Origin: Chitinophagaceae bacterium
GTDB taxonomy: Bacteria; Bacteroidota; Bacteroidia; Chitinophagales; Chitinophagaceae
Direction of reading: 5' to 3'
Length of the DNA stretch: 64,000 bases
Assembly: GCA_044226045.1 (NCBI GenBank)
Contig: JBGAHR010000002.1
Span: forward strand, 97,059 to 161,058
Of the stretch, positions 1 through 9,373 are shown piece after piece; position 1 is the first letter of the stretch; each line of letters begins with the position of its first letter. The position numbers were made by a program, and so were the translations under genes. The notes beneath the pieces are model-generated. The model did not search any database. It had not been told where the DNA came from and saw only the letters and a program-made list of their open reading frames with translations.

Positions 1-2634
1 GTGCAGGTAATCGTACCGGATGTCTCCGGCACTGTTGCGGGGAGATACCGTAGCGATCTTTTTAAAATCCGTTCCATTGGAACTGTATTCAACCTCAAAA
101 TGATCAACATTGATTTGTGCAGACACGACCCAGCTCAACTGGTTTCCTGTTTCCACTCCCCATCCCCTGAATTCTTTCATCACCACGGGTAATGTCATAG
201 GAGCGAGATCCACTTCCCACAGTCCACGACCATAGGTACCCAGCCGGAGCTTTCCGTTGGGAGCTATTTGAAGGTCATTTGCCATAATAGCATCACCGAG
301 TCCTGTACTATAACTGACCCAGTTAACCGAAGTGGTGGCACTCAGCGTACCAGTGGTGGGTACCCAGTTGGCCACATACACGCCAAGGTCGTTTCCAACA
401 TATACCTGGCGGGGATTGGTCGGGTTGATATAAATGGTATTATGGGGTACATCGGGCAGGTTGCCACCGATATCGCTCCAGCTTGTACCTCCATTTAAGC
501 TCAGGTACACATGCGAGGTGCCGAAACCGGAAAGCGTAACAATAACCCGATTGGGATCATTGGGATCTGTTTCGATGTCTGAATAATACCTGTCAGGTAA
601 TGTACCGGTGATTTCTGTAAAGGTGGGAGAAGCCACGGTTGCGTTGGCGGTCTTCCAAAGCTTGCTTCTCACGCCATTGGCCGGTGCGGTAGAAAAATAA
701 ACAAGGTTATCGTTTGGTGCTACCATTGATATAGCAGGGTTTTGAGACCCGGCAATCGGCGCACCTCCATTGAGATCGGTGAAACTGTTTCCGCTGTTGG
801 TTGACCTTTTGAATACGTTGGTGCCGGCGAACATATAGGCGGAGCCGCTGGTCTTGCTGAAGACCATCGGCACATTAAAGCAGGCATATTCAGAAGCACC
901 CACAGCGCCTGTTCCTGCTCCGAATGAAGTTCCGGAATTGGTTGATCTCCTTCTGTTGAAATAATAAGACTCAACCAGCTGAATGGTACCGTTAGAGTTC
1001 ATCGCGGCATGAAAACCGTCTCCGAGGTTACCGATCCGGCGACAGCCCTGGTTTCCTTCATATACCATCGCTTCATTGTCCTGCAGGCCCAGTAACATAT
1101 AATTGGCATTGGTGGGGTGCTGGGCCATGTTGGCATATATCTGCGCTGTATTCAATCCACCATTCAGTGTATTGAAAGCCGTTCCTCCGTTGGTGGTTCG
1201 GAACAAACCGCCATCTGTACATAAGTAAAAAGTATTGCCCGTTGCATCGTTGGGTGAATTCACAATCCGGTGAACATCGGCATGAACATAGCCGGTAGTA
1301 TTGGAAGCCCCTTCTGTCAGGTCTCCCACGGTTGTATTGTTGATATCCCAGGAACTCCAGTTACCGGTTTTGGTAAAGCTGGATCCTCCGTTAGTGGACG
1401 TATAAGTATCCAGTTCTCCCCAGATAATCCGGTTGGCATCGGCTGAACTTACGGCCACGTCATGTGCGTACCAGCCCTGGTTACCGAGGATGGTAGTTAC
1501 ACCCGATGCGGCAGCTGCAGCCCAGGTAGCACCCTGGTCGGTGGAGATATAAAGCCCCTGCACATCACTGGTGTTGGGGTCTCTTCCAATACTGGCATAT
1601 ATCCGGTTGGGATTATTGGCACTGATCGCCAACTGAATCTTTCCGCTGATCGGGTTGGGTAAATTGGGAGAAGAAAGCTTGTTGAATGTCGGCGTGGCAG
1701 CGTTGGCATTTGTACTTTTATAAATACCCGTGCCGGTGCTGGCAAAGTTACCACAGCCAACATATAATGTATTCGGATCGCCCGGCTTGAACACCATATC
1801 CATGGCGTATGGAATATTGAGCACTAACGTCCAGGTAGAACCGCTGTTGGTTGTTCTGTATACTCCATCAGTGGTTGCCGCAAAAACAGTAGAAGGTGTG
1901 GTGGGGTTGATCACCATATCCATTACTCCTTTCAGACTTGACTGTGAAAAATCGAGCGATTTGGTCCAGGTGGTGCCTCCGTCGGTGCTTTTTAAAATGC
2001 CGATTCCATAAGTTCCGCGGAATACGCGGATATGTCCGGCTCCGGTGGAACCACCGGGGTTGGTACTATATACTTCACCGGTACCGATATACAACTCGTT
2101 TCCGTTGGAAGGGTTAACTGCAATGGAACCCACGCCCAATACCGGGAAACCGGTGGGGACATACTGCCAGTTGATCCCGTTGGCCGCACCGGTACCTCCA
2201 TTGGTGGTCTTCCACAAACCACCGCTGGCCGACCCTACCCACATAATGTTGGCATTGGTCGGATGAAATCCGATGCTTAAAATTCTTCCGGAAAAATTCA
2301 TGGGAGCCAGCACACTCCAGTTGCTGGCGGTGACGCCGGTTTTGGCGATATTGTCTTTGGCAGTGACCGCCATGGCCTGAGCCATTTTATAGGCGCTGTT
2401 GAACTCAGTGGCGTCGAGTTCGTTGTTGGGATAGGCCCTCATCTCGGTCCACAACTCCATTTGCTTCAACACTTCAGGAACACCTTCGTGTTCTTCCGCC
2501 TCTCTTTCCTCCTCCTCTCTCCATTCATTATAATAGTGAAAACCCACAGAACTGAGGGTAATTAATAAGGTAAGACTAAGTAGAATCTTAAAGAGCCTAA
2601 AACGGGTGGATTTTTTCCCTTCTAGTTTTTTCAT
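1..2634 (-). CDS. Secreted BNR/Asp-box beta-propeller (VPS10/glycosyl-hydrolase-like) protein, probable T9SS cargo; runs off the left edge and is absent from the ORF track
   Basis: Hand translation from ATG 2634: MKKLEGKKSTRFRLFKILLSLTLLITLSSVGFHYYNEW...GRILSIGFHPTNANIMWVGSASGGLWKTTNGG (BNR repeat). The same frame at the window edge reads ...TLPVVMKEFRGWGVETGNQLSWVVSAQINVDHFEVEYSSNGTDF, the LPV Ig-like module that precedes T9SS CTDs in this genome. The interior was only spot-checked for stops. Confidence 0.85.
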   Translation of the reverse strand, partial: MKKLEGKKSTRFRLFKILLSLTLLITLSSVGFHYYNEWREEEEREAEEHEGVPEVLKQMELWTEMRAYPNNELDATEFNSAYKMAQAMAVTAKDNIAKTGVTASNWSVLAPMNFSGRILSIGFHPTNANIMWVGSASGGLWKTTNGGTGAANGINWQYVPTGFPVLGVGSIAVNPSNGNELYIGTGEVYSTNPGGSTGAGHIRVFRGTYGIGILKSTDGGTTWTKSLDFSQSSLKGVMDMVINPTTPSTVFAATTDGVYRTTNSGSTWTLVLNIPYAMDMVFKPGDPNTLYVGCGNFASTGTGIYKSTNANAATPTFNKLSSPNLPNPISGKIQLAISANNPNRIYASIGRDPNTSDVQGLYISTDQGATWAAAAASGVTTILGNQGWYAHDVAVSSADANRIIWGELDTYTSTNGGSSFTKTGNWSSWDINNTTVGDLTEGASNTTGYVHADVHRIVNSPNDATGNTFYLCTDGGLFRTTNGGTAFNTLNGGLNTAQIYANMAQHPTNANYMLLGLQDNEAMVYEGNQGCRRIGNLGDGFHAAMNSNGTIQLVESYYFNRRRSTNSGTSFGAGTGAVGASEYACFNVPMVFSKTSGSAYMFAGTNVFKRSTNSGNSFTDLNGGAPIAGSQNPAISMVAPNDNLVYFSTAPANGVRSKLWKTANATVASPTFTEITGTLPDRYYSDIETDPNDPNRVIVTLSGFGTSHVYLSLNGGTSWSDIGGNLPDVPHNTIYINPTNPRQVYVGNDLGVYVANWVPTTGTLSATTSVNWVSYSTGLGDAIMANDLQIAPNGKLRLGTYGRGLWEVDLAPMTLPVVMKEFRGWGVETGNQLSWVVSAQINVDHFEVEYSSNGTDFKKIATVSPRNSAGDIRYDYLH

Positions 2635-2844
2635 AAATCGGATTTTCGCTAATAGTATCTATTTACAAATATATAGGTAAACGTTTAGGATAGATAAATA
2701 TTTTACCCCAAAACACATAGATACAAGCGTTTATTCGACAGATTGACGAATATCATCGATTAAAATCCTGTTAGGGAAACAATACAGGCAGAAAGCTCGT
2801 AAAAATACCAGGGGCTTCTACGAAGATTACAAGATGGAAGTAGC

Positions 2845-3540
2845 TTACTGAAACATCGAATCGGGAATTCCTTTGTTGATCACATAGTCGGAATAGGAGA
2901 TCTCTACCTTCCCTTTCTGATTTTTGGCAGCGTTTTTATCAGTGGCGGGAGAACTGGTTTCGTAGTCTAAAGCCAGCCCTTTAGGGAGCTTGTAGTCTTT
3001 GGTATTGAATATAAATACAATCTTGTCTGGCAAACCCCATTTGGCAAAGCGGCCATAACTCATTTCCATTTCGTAGGTGCCATTGTCTTTGGTAGTTGAA
3101 GTGGCTTTGTAAATCAAAAGATCTTTCTCGTTCACATACAGTGTGGAAACGACCACTTCACTGGATTCATCCAGGGGCAATAGCTTTATAATGGTAATCG
3201 GAAGGCCGTTCAGTGTGGTGGTACCGGCCTGGATGGCTGTATAATTATCGCCGGCAATCATGGAATTTAAACTGATACTGACACCGCCTTTGGGCGTTAC
3301 AGTAAGACCATCCTGTTTCTTTATCCTGAATTTATTAGGCTTTTTAAAGTAAATGGCTACATCGGAGTCCGGAACCTTCATGAACGACACATCGATCTTC
3401 ATCTTTCCCTTTGCCTGGTAGTCATTCACCGTAGCCAGTTTGGCTTTCACTTTGGCAGCCAGGGCAGCCGCATCCTGCGAACGGCCCTGCATAACAATCG
3501 CCATCAGCGCACAACAGACCAAGAAAACTCGTTTCGTCAT
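2845..3540 (-). CDS. LolA-like outer-membrane lipoprotein carrier/sorting protein
   Basis: 231 aa with signal peptide; beta-rich pattern AIYFKKPNKFRIK and TLYVNEKDLLIYK typical of the LolA fold. Confidence 0.65.
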   Translation of the reverse strand: MTKRVFLVCCALMAIVMQGRSQDAAALAAKVKAKLATVNDYQAKGKMKIDVSFMKVPDSDVAIYFKKPNKFRIKKQDGLTVTPKGGVSISLNSMIAGDNYTAIQAGTTTLNGLPITIIKLLPLDESSEVVVSTLYVNEKDLLIYKATSTTKDNGTYEMEMSYGRFAKWGLPDKIVFIFNTKDYKLPKGLALDYETSSPATDKNAAKNQKGKVEISYSDYVINKGIPDSMFQ

Positions 3541-3714
3541 AGAAGTACGAAGTTAGGGCAAAATGGGAGTTGGAGTTAATGGCATATGGTTAAATCCATT
3601 TAAGAATTCATTGGTAATGCAAAATGGAGCCCCTTGTTTAATGAGTGGGTGAATGCAGGAGAAAAGATAAAACGCCAACCAATGTGAAACGATATGCCTG
3701 AAACGCTAAACTAT

Positions 3715-4638
3715 TTACAAAAACGAATCACTATCCCTGTAAGCCTTTATCAGCGCCATCTCTCCTTCTTTACCAGGTTGGGCGTTTCCGTGTTCCATTC
3801 CCAATATTCCACGGTAGCCTTTGGCGTGAATGTGCTTGAAAATATTTTTATAGTTCATTTCGCCGGTAGTGGGTTCGTTGCGGCCCGGGTTATCGCCGAT
3901 CTGGAAATAACCGATCTCGTCCCAGCATTTGTTGATGTTGGCAATGATATTTCCTTCATTGCGTTGCATATGATACATATCAAACAATATCTTGCAGGAA
4001 GGGCTTCCCACAGCTTTACATATCATATAGGTTTGATCGGAGTGTCGCAGGAAGAGGTCGGGGTTGTCGCTGAGCGGTTCCAGCACCATCACCAGTTTAC
4101 CCGGCTCCAGTATGCGGGATGCCTTTTTGAGTGCGGTAATGACATTCGCGAGTTGCATGTCGTAGCTCAGGCTGCGTTCATAATTTCCAGGCACCACGGT
4201 GGCATGGGTGGCGTTGCAACGTTTGGCCACCTCCAAGGCTTCGCGGCAATCCTTTTCCATCCTGTCGATAAACTCCTGTTTACCGGTGGTTAAAGACGTT
4301 TTCCAGTGCCAGCTGTCGGATGTGATCACAAACACGCCCATGGTCATACCCAGTTTGGCCAGCGTATCGCCAATCTTTTTCTGCTGTTCAACCGGGCGGG
4401 ACATCATTCCATTGTCTTCAATACCCCGGAAGCCCATATCATAGGCCCATTTGATCTGGTCTATGAAATCACTTCCCCCATTGTTTCTGAACATGCCATC
4501 ATGAATGGCATAATTAAGATTGAAGGGCTTATCCGATACAGGGTTCTCATTGGTATCAGCGGCCCTGGCAATGGCGGAACCGGCCAGCAGTGAACCGCCG
4601 GCCAGCAGAGACTTTTGCATGAAATGACGTCGTTGCAT
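3715..4638 (-). CDS. Tat-exported hydroxypyruvate isomerase/xylose-isomerase-like TIM barrel protein
   Basis: MQRRHFMQKS twin-arginine signal; LVMVLEPL, ILFDMYHMQ, YFQIGDNPGRNEPTTGE and GMEH motifs of the Hyi/AP-endonuclease-2 family. Confidence 0.85.
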   Translation of the reverse strand: MQRRHFMQKSLLAGGSLLAGSAIARAADTNENPVSDKPFNLNYAIHDGMFRNNGGSDFIDQIKWAYDMGFRGIEDNGMMSRPVEQQKKIGDTLAKLGMTMGVFVITSDSWHWKTSLTTGKQEFIDRMEKDCREALEVAKRCNATHATVVPGNYERSLSYDMQLANVITALKKASRILEPGKLVMVLEPLSDNPDLFLRHSDQTYMICKAVGSPSCKILFDMYHMQRNEGNIIANINKCWDEIGYFQIGDNPGRNEPTTGEMNYKNIFKHIHAKGYRGILGMEHGNAQPGKEGEMALIKAYRDSDSFL

Positions 4639-4781
4639 GTTAGTACGTTTGAGGAACCTAAGTTATGCGTTCTGCTTCGATTCGATGATACAATTTACGC
4701 AATCGTTTTACCTATTTTCACCTGTGTGGACTATTGGCCGTATTCATGTTTTATTATTGTGTAATTTACCCGATCAAACTA

Positions 4782-5741
4782 ATGGATGTGAAAAGAACAG
4801 GATTGATTGCGCTCATCACTTCAATGGCATTTACAGGATTTACGCAAACTGGTAATTTCAACTCCTACGATCAGACGATTCCGGGATCGACGGTTTCTTT
4901 TAAAATGATTCCGATTCCGGCCGGTCGTTTTCAAATGGGCAGCCCTGAAAATGAAAAAGGTCGCCGATCCGATGAAGGTCCTGTTCATGGCGTGGATATA
5001 GCCGCCTTCTGGATGGGTGAGCATGAGGTGACCTACGATGAGTTCCTGCTTTTTTTTAATGACGAAGAAACCAGTCGCAACTCGGATGTGGATGCAGTTA
5101 CGAGGCCCACACCACAATATATTGATCTCAGCTGGGGAATGGGCAAGCAGGGTGGATTCCCCGTCAACTCCATGAGTCAGCATACAGCGCTGATGTATTG
5201 CCGTTGGCTTTATAAAAAGACTGGTATATTTTATCGGTTACCCACCGAAGCGGAATGGGAATACGCCTGCCGGGCCGGCAGCAATACGGCATTTTACTTC
5301 GGTGAGGATGAAAAGCAATTGAAAGAATATGCCTGGTATGCCGACAACAGCAAAAATAAATACCAGAAAGTAAAGCAAAGGAAACCCAATGCCTGGGGAT
5401 TGTATGATATGATTGGAAATGTAGCCGAATGGACGCTGGATCAATACGACGAATCTTTTTACAGCAAGCCGGATGCAACGGTGGCCAATCCGCTGAACCC
5501 TGTTACTAGCCGGTACCCGCGGACGGTAAGAGGCGGAGGGTACCTCGACAAGGCCGATGGTTTGCGCTCTGCAGCAAGAGCTCATTCCGAAGCATCCTGG
5601 AATAAAAGAGATCCGCAAATCCCGAAAAGCAAATGGTGGCTTACAGATGGCATGTCCGTTGGCTTCCGTCTTGTTCGACCACTGCAACAACCCTCGGAAG
5701 CCGATATCAGGGCTTTCTTTGAAAAATACCTTTCACCCTGA
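4782..5741 (+). CDS. Formylglycine-generating enzyme (SUMF1/FGE-sulfatase) domain protein
   Basis: RLPTEAEWEYACRAG and PNAWGLYDMIGNVAEW signatures; start moved to ATG 4782, which gives a signal peptide. Confidence 0.85.
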   Translation: MDVKRTGLIALITSMAFTGFTQTGNFNSYDQTIPGSTVSFKMIPIPAGRFQMGSPENEKGRRSDEGPVHGVDIAAFWMGEHEVTYDEFLLFFNDEETSRNSDVDAVTRPTPQYIDLSWGMGKQGGFPVNSMSQHTALMYCRWLYKKTGIFYRLPTEAEWEYACRAGSNTAFYFGEDEKQLKEYAWYADNSKNKYQKVKQRKPNAWGLYDMIGNVAEWTLDQYDESFYSKPDATVANPLNPVTSRYPRTVRGGGYLDKADGLRSAARAHSEASWNKRDPQIPKSKWWLTDGMSVGFRLVRPLQQPSEADIRAFFEKYLSP

Positions 5742-5792
5742 TTATTGCTTTTATTAAAAAACTGAATTCATCAACATAACCAGCATTGACAT

Positions 5793-7136
5793 ATGGAAAA
5801 GAACCAACAACCTTCCCGTCGTGATTTTGTAAAACAAAGCTCCATCCTTGCAGGCGGATTGATCGCCGCGCCATTGATGAGCCAGGCCGCGAATTATTTT
5901 TCCGGCTCCGACTCTGTCATCAAAGTAGCCCTGATCGGATGCGGTGGCCGTGGCACCGGCGCCGCCATGCAGGCCATGCTCAGCAAACAAAATGTAAAGC
6001 TGGTGGCTATGGCCGATGCATTCCGCGATCGGCTGGATAGTTGCTATAAAACGCTCACGGCAGAGGATATCTCCGACTGGAGTGGCGTAAAAGGGAACAT
6101 CAAAGACAAGATCGACGTTCCGGAAGAAAGGAAGTTTGTAGGATTCGATGCCTACACAAAGGCTATTCCGCTGGCCGATGTAGTTATTCTCACTACCCCT
6201 CCGGGCTTCCGTCCGATCCATTTTGAAGAAGCCGTTCGCCAGGGCAAACACATCTTCATGGAAAAACCGGTAGCTACCGACCCCGCCGGTATTCAGCGAG
6301 TACTGGCGGCCGCCGAAATCGCCAAACAGAAAAAACTGAATGTGGTGGTTGGACTGCAACGCCATTATCAAAACAGCTACCGCGAATTATTCAAACGCAA
6401 AGACCTCATCGGCGATATCACTTCCGCACAGGCCTGGTGGAACAATGACGGCGTTTGGGTAAACAAACGCAAATACAATCAAACAGAAATGGAATACCAG
6501 ATGCGTAACTGGTATTATTTCGTATGGCTTTGCGGCGACCACATCACTGAACAACATATCCATAATATAGATGTGATCAATTGGTTCAAGGGCGGTTACC
6601 CGGTAAAAGCCCAGGGAATGGGAGGCAGACAGGTACGAAAAGGGAAAGAATATGGTGAAATCTTTGATCACCATTATGTAGAATTCCAGTATGCAGATGG
6701 TTCTATCCTGAACAGCCAGTGCCGGCATATTCCAGGCACCATGAGCAAGGTTGATGAGTTACTGGTGGGCACCAAGGGAAAAATATTCGCCGGAGCAGCC
6801 AATATCGTTGACCACAAAGGAAAAGTACTGTACCAGTTCGATACAAAAACAGAAAACAATCCCTATCAAACCGAACACGACGAATTATTCGCTGCCATTG
6901 CCAAAGGAGAGTATAAATTCTCCGATGCCGAAAACGGCGCTAAGAGTACCATGACTTCCATCCTGGGAAGAATGGCCACCTACAGCGGGCAGGTAATTGA
7001 ATGGGACAAAGCCATTAACAGCGGCATTGATCTTCATCCGAAAGTATATGACTGGAACGCAGCACCACCTGTTCTGCCTAATGAAGATGGCTTCTATCCC
7101 GTAGCCACTCCGGGAGTGACGAAGTATGGGGTGTGA
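5793..7136 (+). CDS. Tat-exported Gfo/Idh/MocA family oxidoreductase
   Basis: SRRDFVKQS Tat signal; VALIGCGGRGTG Rossmann motif; HIFMEKP motif. Confidence 0.9.
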   Translation: MEKNQQPSRRDFVKQSSILAGGLIAAPLMSQAANYFSGSDSVIKVALIGCGGRGTGAAMQAMLSKQNVKLVAMADAFRDRLDSCYKTLTAEDISDWSGVKGNIKDKIDVPEERKFVGFDAYTKAIPLADVVILTTPPGFRPIHFEEAVRQGKHIFMEKPVATDPAGIQRVLAAAEIAKQKKLNVVVGLQRHYQNSYRELFKRKDLIGDITSAQAWWNNDGVWVNKRKYNQTEMEYQMRNWYYFVWLCGDHITEQHIHNIDVINWFKGGYPVKAQGMGGRQVRKGKEYGEIFDHHYVEFQYADGSILNSQCRHIPGTMSKVDELLVGTKGKIFAGAANIVDHKGKVLYQFDTKTENNPYQTEHDELFAAIAKGEYKFSDAENGAKSTMTSILGRMATYSGQVIEWDKAINSGIDLHPKVYDWNAAPPVLPNEDGFYPVATPGVTKYGV

Positions 7137-7270
7137 GTTTATTGGTTTATCGTTTATCGTTTCAGGTTTCACGTTGTATCCATGCCTAAAAAACGTTTAC
7201 CGGTTTTCAGACTGAAACAATAAGCGTGAAACGATAAACCTGAAACGATAAACGATAAACTATAAACCAA
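7137..7270. repeat. Inverted-repeat element built from TTTATCG/TTTCAGG heptamers between convergent genes
   Basis: Left arm gtttatcgtttatcgtttcaggtttcacg; right arm cgtgaaacgataaacctgaaacgataaacgataaac is its near reverse complement. Confidence 0.85.
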
Positions 7271-7277
7271 GAAACTT

Positions 7278-8117
7278 CTAACTCAAAATATCTTTCCTCT
7301 TAAACACCACCAAGGCGGTGGTAACGAAGATAAAAATGTGCAATAAGAGCACACCTGCCGATTTGAATACGCCGGAATAGATCACTTTTTCGTCGAAGAA
7401 ACGTTTCCATCCCAGCATATGGGAGGTGAAGAGGTAGGGCTTTAAGGCATTGAACAGCGGCAGGTCCATGGTGGTCAGGATGGTAAACACTATCACAATG
7501 CTCATGGTAGCCACGATGGGGCCGATGGAGTTCTCGGCAAAGATGGACAGCAGGAATGACAGCGCCGCAACGGTAGTCATAGCTATGGCAGCGAACCCGA
7601 ATGCACCGAAGTATCGCCACATCAGGTCACCCGACTGCAGAAATACTACCACATCTGTTTTCTGATTGATCATGTCTCCGGGTCCGAAAACCAGGTAAGA
7701 AACGCCCAGTGCCAATATTGCCATCCAGATCAGCAATAATAAAGTATATACTACTGAAGCCGCAAACTTGCTGAGCAACAGAGACGACCTGCTTACCGGT
7801 TTGGCCATGATCAGCCGGAGGGTTCCCATATTTGCTTCTCCCGCAACCATGTCTCCCCCCACCAGGGCTACCAGCAAAGGCACATGTAATAGCAGTGTTT
7901 GCAATACGATAAAACAGACCATATAAGCCGTCACCTTTTTTCCGTCGATAGAGAAGGTCTGTGTAAGTGATTGCAGCATGAAGTTGATATACGATTCGCC
8001 ATCCAGGTAAAAGGCCAGCTGAATGAGTGTAACGATCACCCCGATCGCTATAAAGGCAATATAGGTTCTTGGCCTCTTGAATATTTTAAACAGCTCAATT
8101 TTTAAAATCGTCCACAT
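7278..8117 (-). CDS. ABC transporter permease (ABC-2 type membrane protein)
   Basis: About 6 TM segments; VAGEANMGTLRLIMAKPVSRSSLLLSKF motif; overlaps the ATPase gene end. Confidence 0.85.
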   Translation of the reverse strand: MWTILKIELFKIFKRPRTYIAFIAIGVIVTLIQLAFYLDGESYINFMLQSLTQTFSIDGKKVTAYMVCFIVLQTLLLHVPLLVALVGGDMVAGEANMGTLRLIMAKPVSRSSLLLSKFAASVVYTLLLLIWMAILALGVSYLVFGPGDMINQKTDVVVFLQSGDLMWRYFGAFGFAAIAMTTVAALSFLLSIFAENSIGPIVATMSIVIVFTILTTMDLPLFNALKPYLFTSHMLGWKRFFDEKVIYSGVFKSAGVLLLHIFIFVTTALVVFKRKDILS

Positions 8118-9030
8118 GCTGGTTTGCTGTTGTTAATGAAAGAAAATATTCCTCGAGAGAATGACGGGGTTGCAAACCGAGAATCTCTACCTCGCGGCGG
8201 CTCATGTCGGCTGCCAGCTGAGGAACCCTGGTTTTGTCCATCTCGAAAATGAATTCATTCCGGTTATGCTTCTTTAGATATTGTTTCCATTCAGATTGTT
8301 CAATCGCGGTGGCTGCCTTTTCGGGATTGCCGGTTTCGAGGATGACCAACATCCTGGCGGGATCAAAGAGATCCTTTACAGATCCTTCTACGATTTTTTT
8401 ACCCTTGTCAATGATCAGCATGCGGTCGGCGATCAGTTCAATTTCGCTGAGCAGGTGTGAAGACACCAGCACTGTTTTACCCAGGTGCCGGCTCAAATGG
8501 AGTATCAGGTTCCGGACGTCTGCGATACCTTGCGGATCGAGGCCGTTGGTCGGTTCATCGAGAATGATCAGTTGCGGGTCATGCACCAATGCAACTGCCA
8601 GGCCTAACCGCTGTTTCATACCCTGGGAGAATGTTTTCACCTTGCTGTCTTTCCGGGCATCCAGTCCTACCTGTGCCAGTTGCTGCATCAGCCGCTGATG
8701 GCTGCTGTCGGCGCCACTCATACGGGCAAAGAGACGGAGATTCTCATATGCCGTGAGGTATTTATACAGATCCGGTCTTTCTATGACTGCGCCAATTCTG
8801 GAAAGGATTTCATGACGGTGCGTTCGGAGATTCATCCCAAACATTTCAATTTCCCCCGCCGTCGGCTCCACCAGGGTGAGTAACATCCGGATGGTGGTGG
8901 ATTTACCCGCTCCATTCTGTCCGAGGAAACCATACACCTCCCCTGCCTGCACAGAAAACGACAGGTCTTTTACCGCCTCGAGATCCCGGTAGGCTTTACT
9001 AAGATTTTTTACATTGATGATTGCAGACAT
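8095..9030 (-). CDS. ABC transporter ATP-binding protein
   Basis: Walker A GQNGAGKS, signature FSQGM, Walker B IILDE, H-loop SSH; likely start MSAIINVK at 9030. Confidence 0.92.
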   Translation of the reverse strand: MSAIINVKNLSKAYRDLEAVKDLSFSVQAGEVYGFLGQNGAGKSTTIRMLLTLVEPTAGEIEMFGMNLRTHRHEILSRIGAVIERPDLYKYLTAYENLRLFARMSGADSSHQRLMQQLAQVGLDARKDSKVKTFSQGMKQRLGLAVALVHDPQLIILDEPTNGLDPQGIADVRNLILHLSRHLGKTVLVSSHLLSEIELIADRMLIIDKGKKIVEGSVKDLFDPARMLVILETGNPEKAATAIEQSEWKQYLKKHNRNEFIFEMDKTRVPQLAADMSRREVEILGLQPRHSLEEYFLSLTTANQHVDDFKN

Positions 9031-9141
9031 AAGCACAAAAGACATTACAAAATACAACCTAAATGGTTCTATTTCATTAAAAAATTGTTTTTTAAGGATT
9101 TACAGATGTGATTTCACGTCAAAAAAATAGGCTTCCGTGAC

Positions 9142-9172
9142 TTGCATTTTCTGATTCCAACTATTACTTTTG
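9142..9172 (+). promoter_or_regulatory. Bacteroidota sigma70 promoter (-33 TTG, -7 TACTTTTG)
   Basis: TTG at 9142, 20-nt spacer, TACTTTTG at 9165-9172, about 200 nt upstream of the 9374 start. Confidence 0.65.
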
Positions 9173-9373
9173 TTCATATTCGTTCCATCCTCTGATAATC
9201 CACCCAATCTCCCAACCATTTTTACTGTTCACTTTTCCGATAGCAGATTCCAATGGCTATGAATCATTGACAAACCGTTTCGTACACCCTTTATAAGCGA
9301 ATTTTCCCTCCTCTGAAATGCCTGGTGGCTTTATGCACCTATCGCTTATTTCATTACTCTGAAACTTACAACA

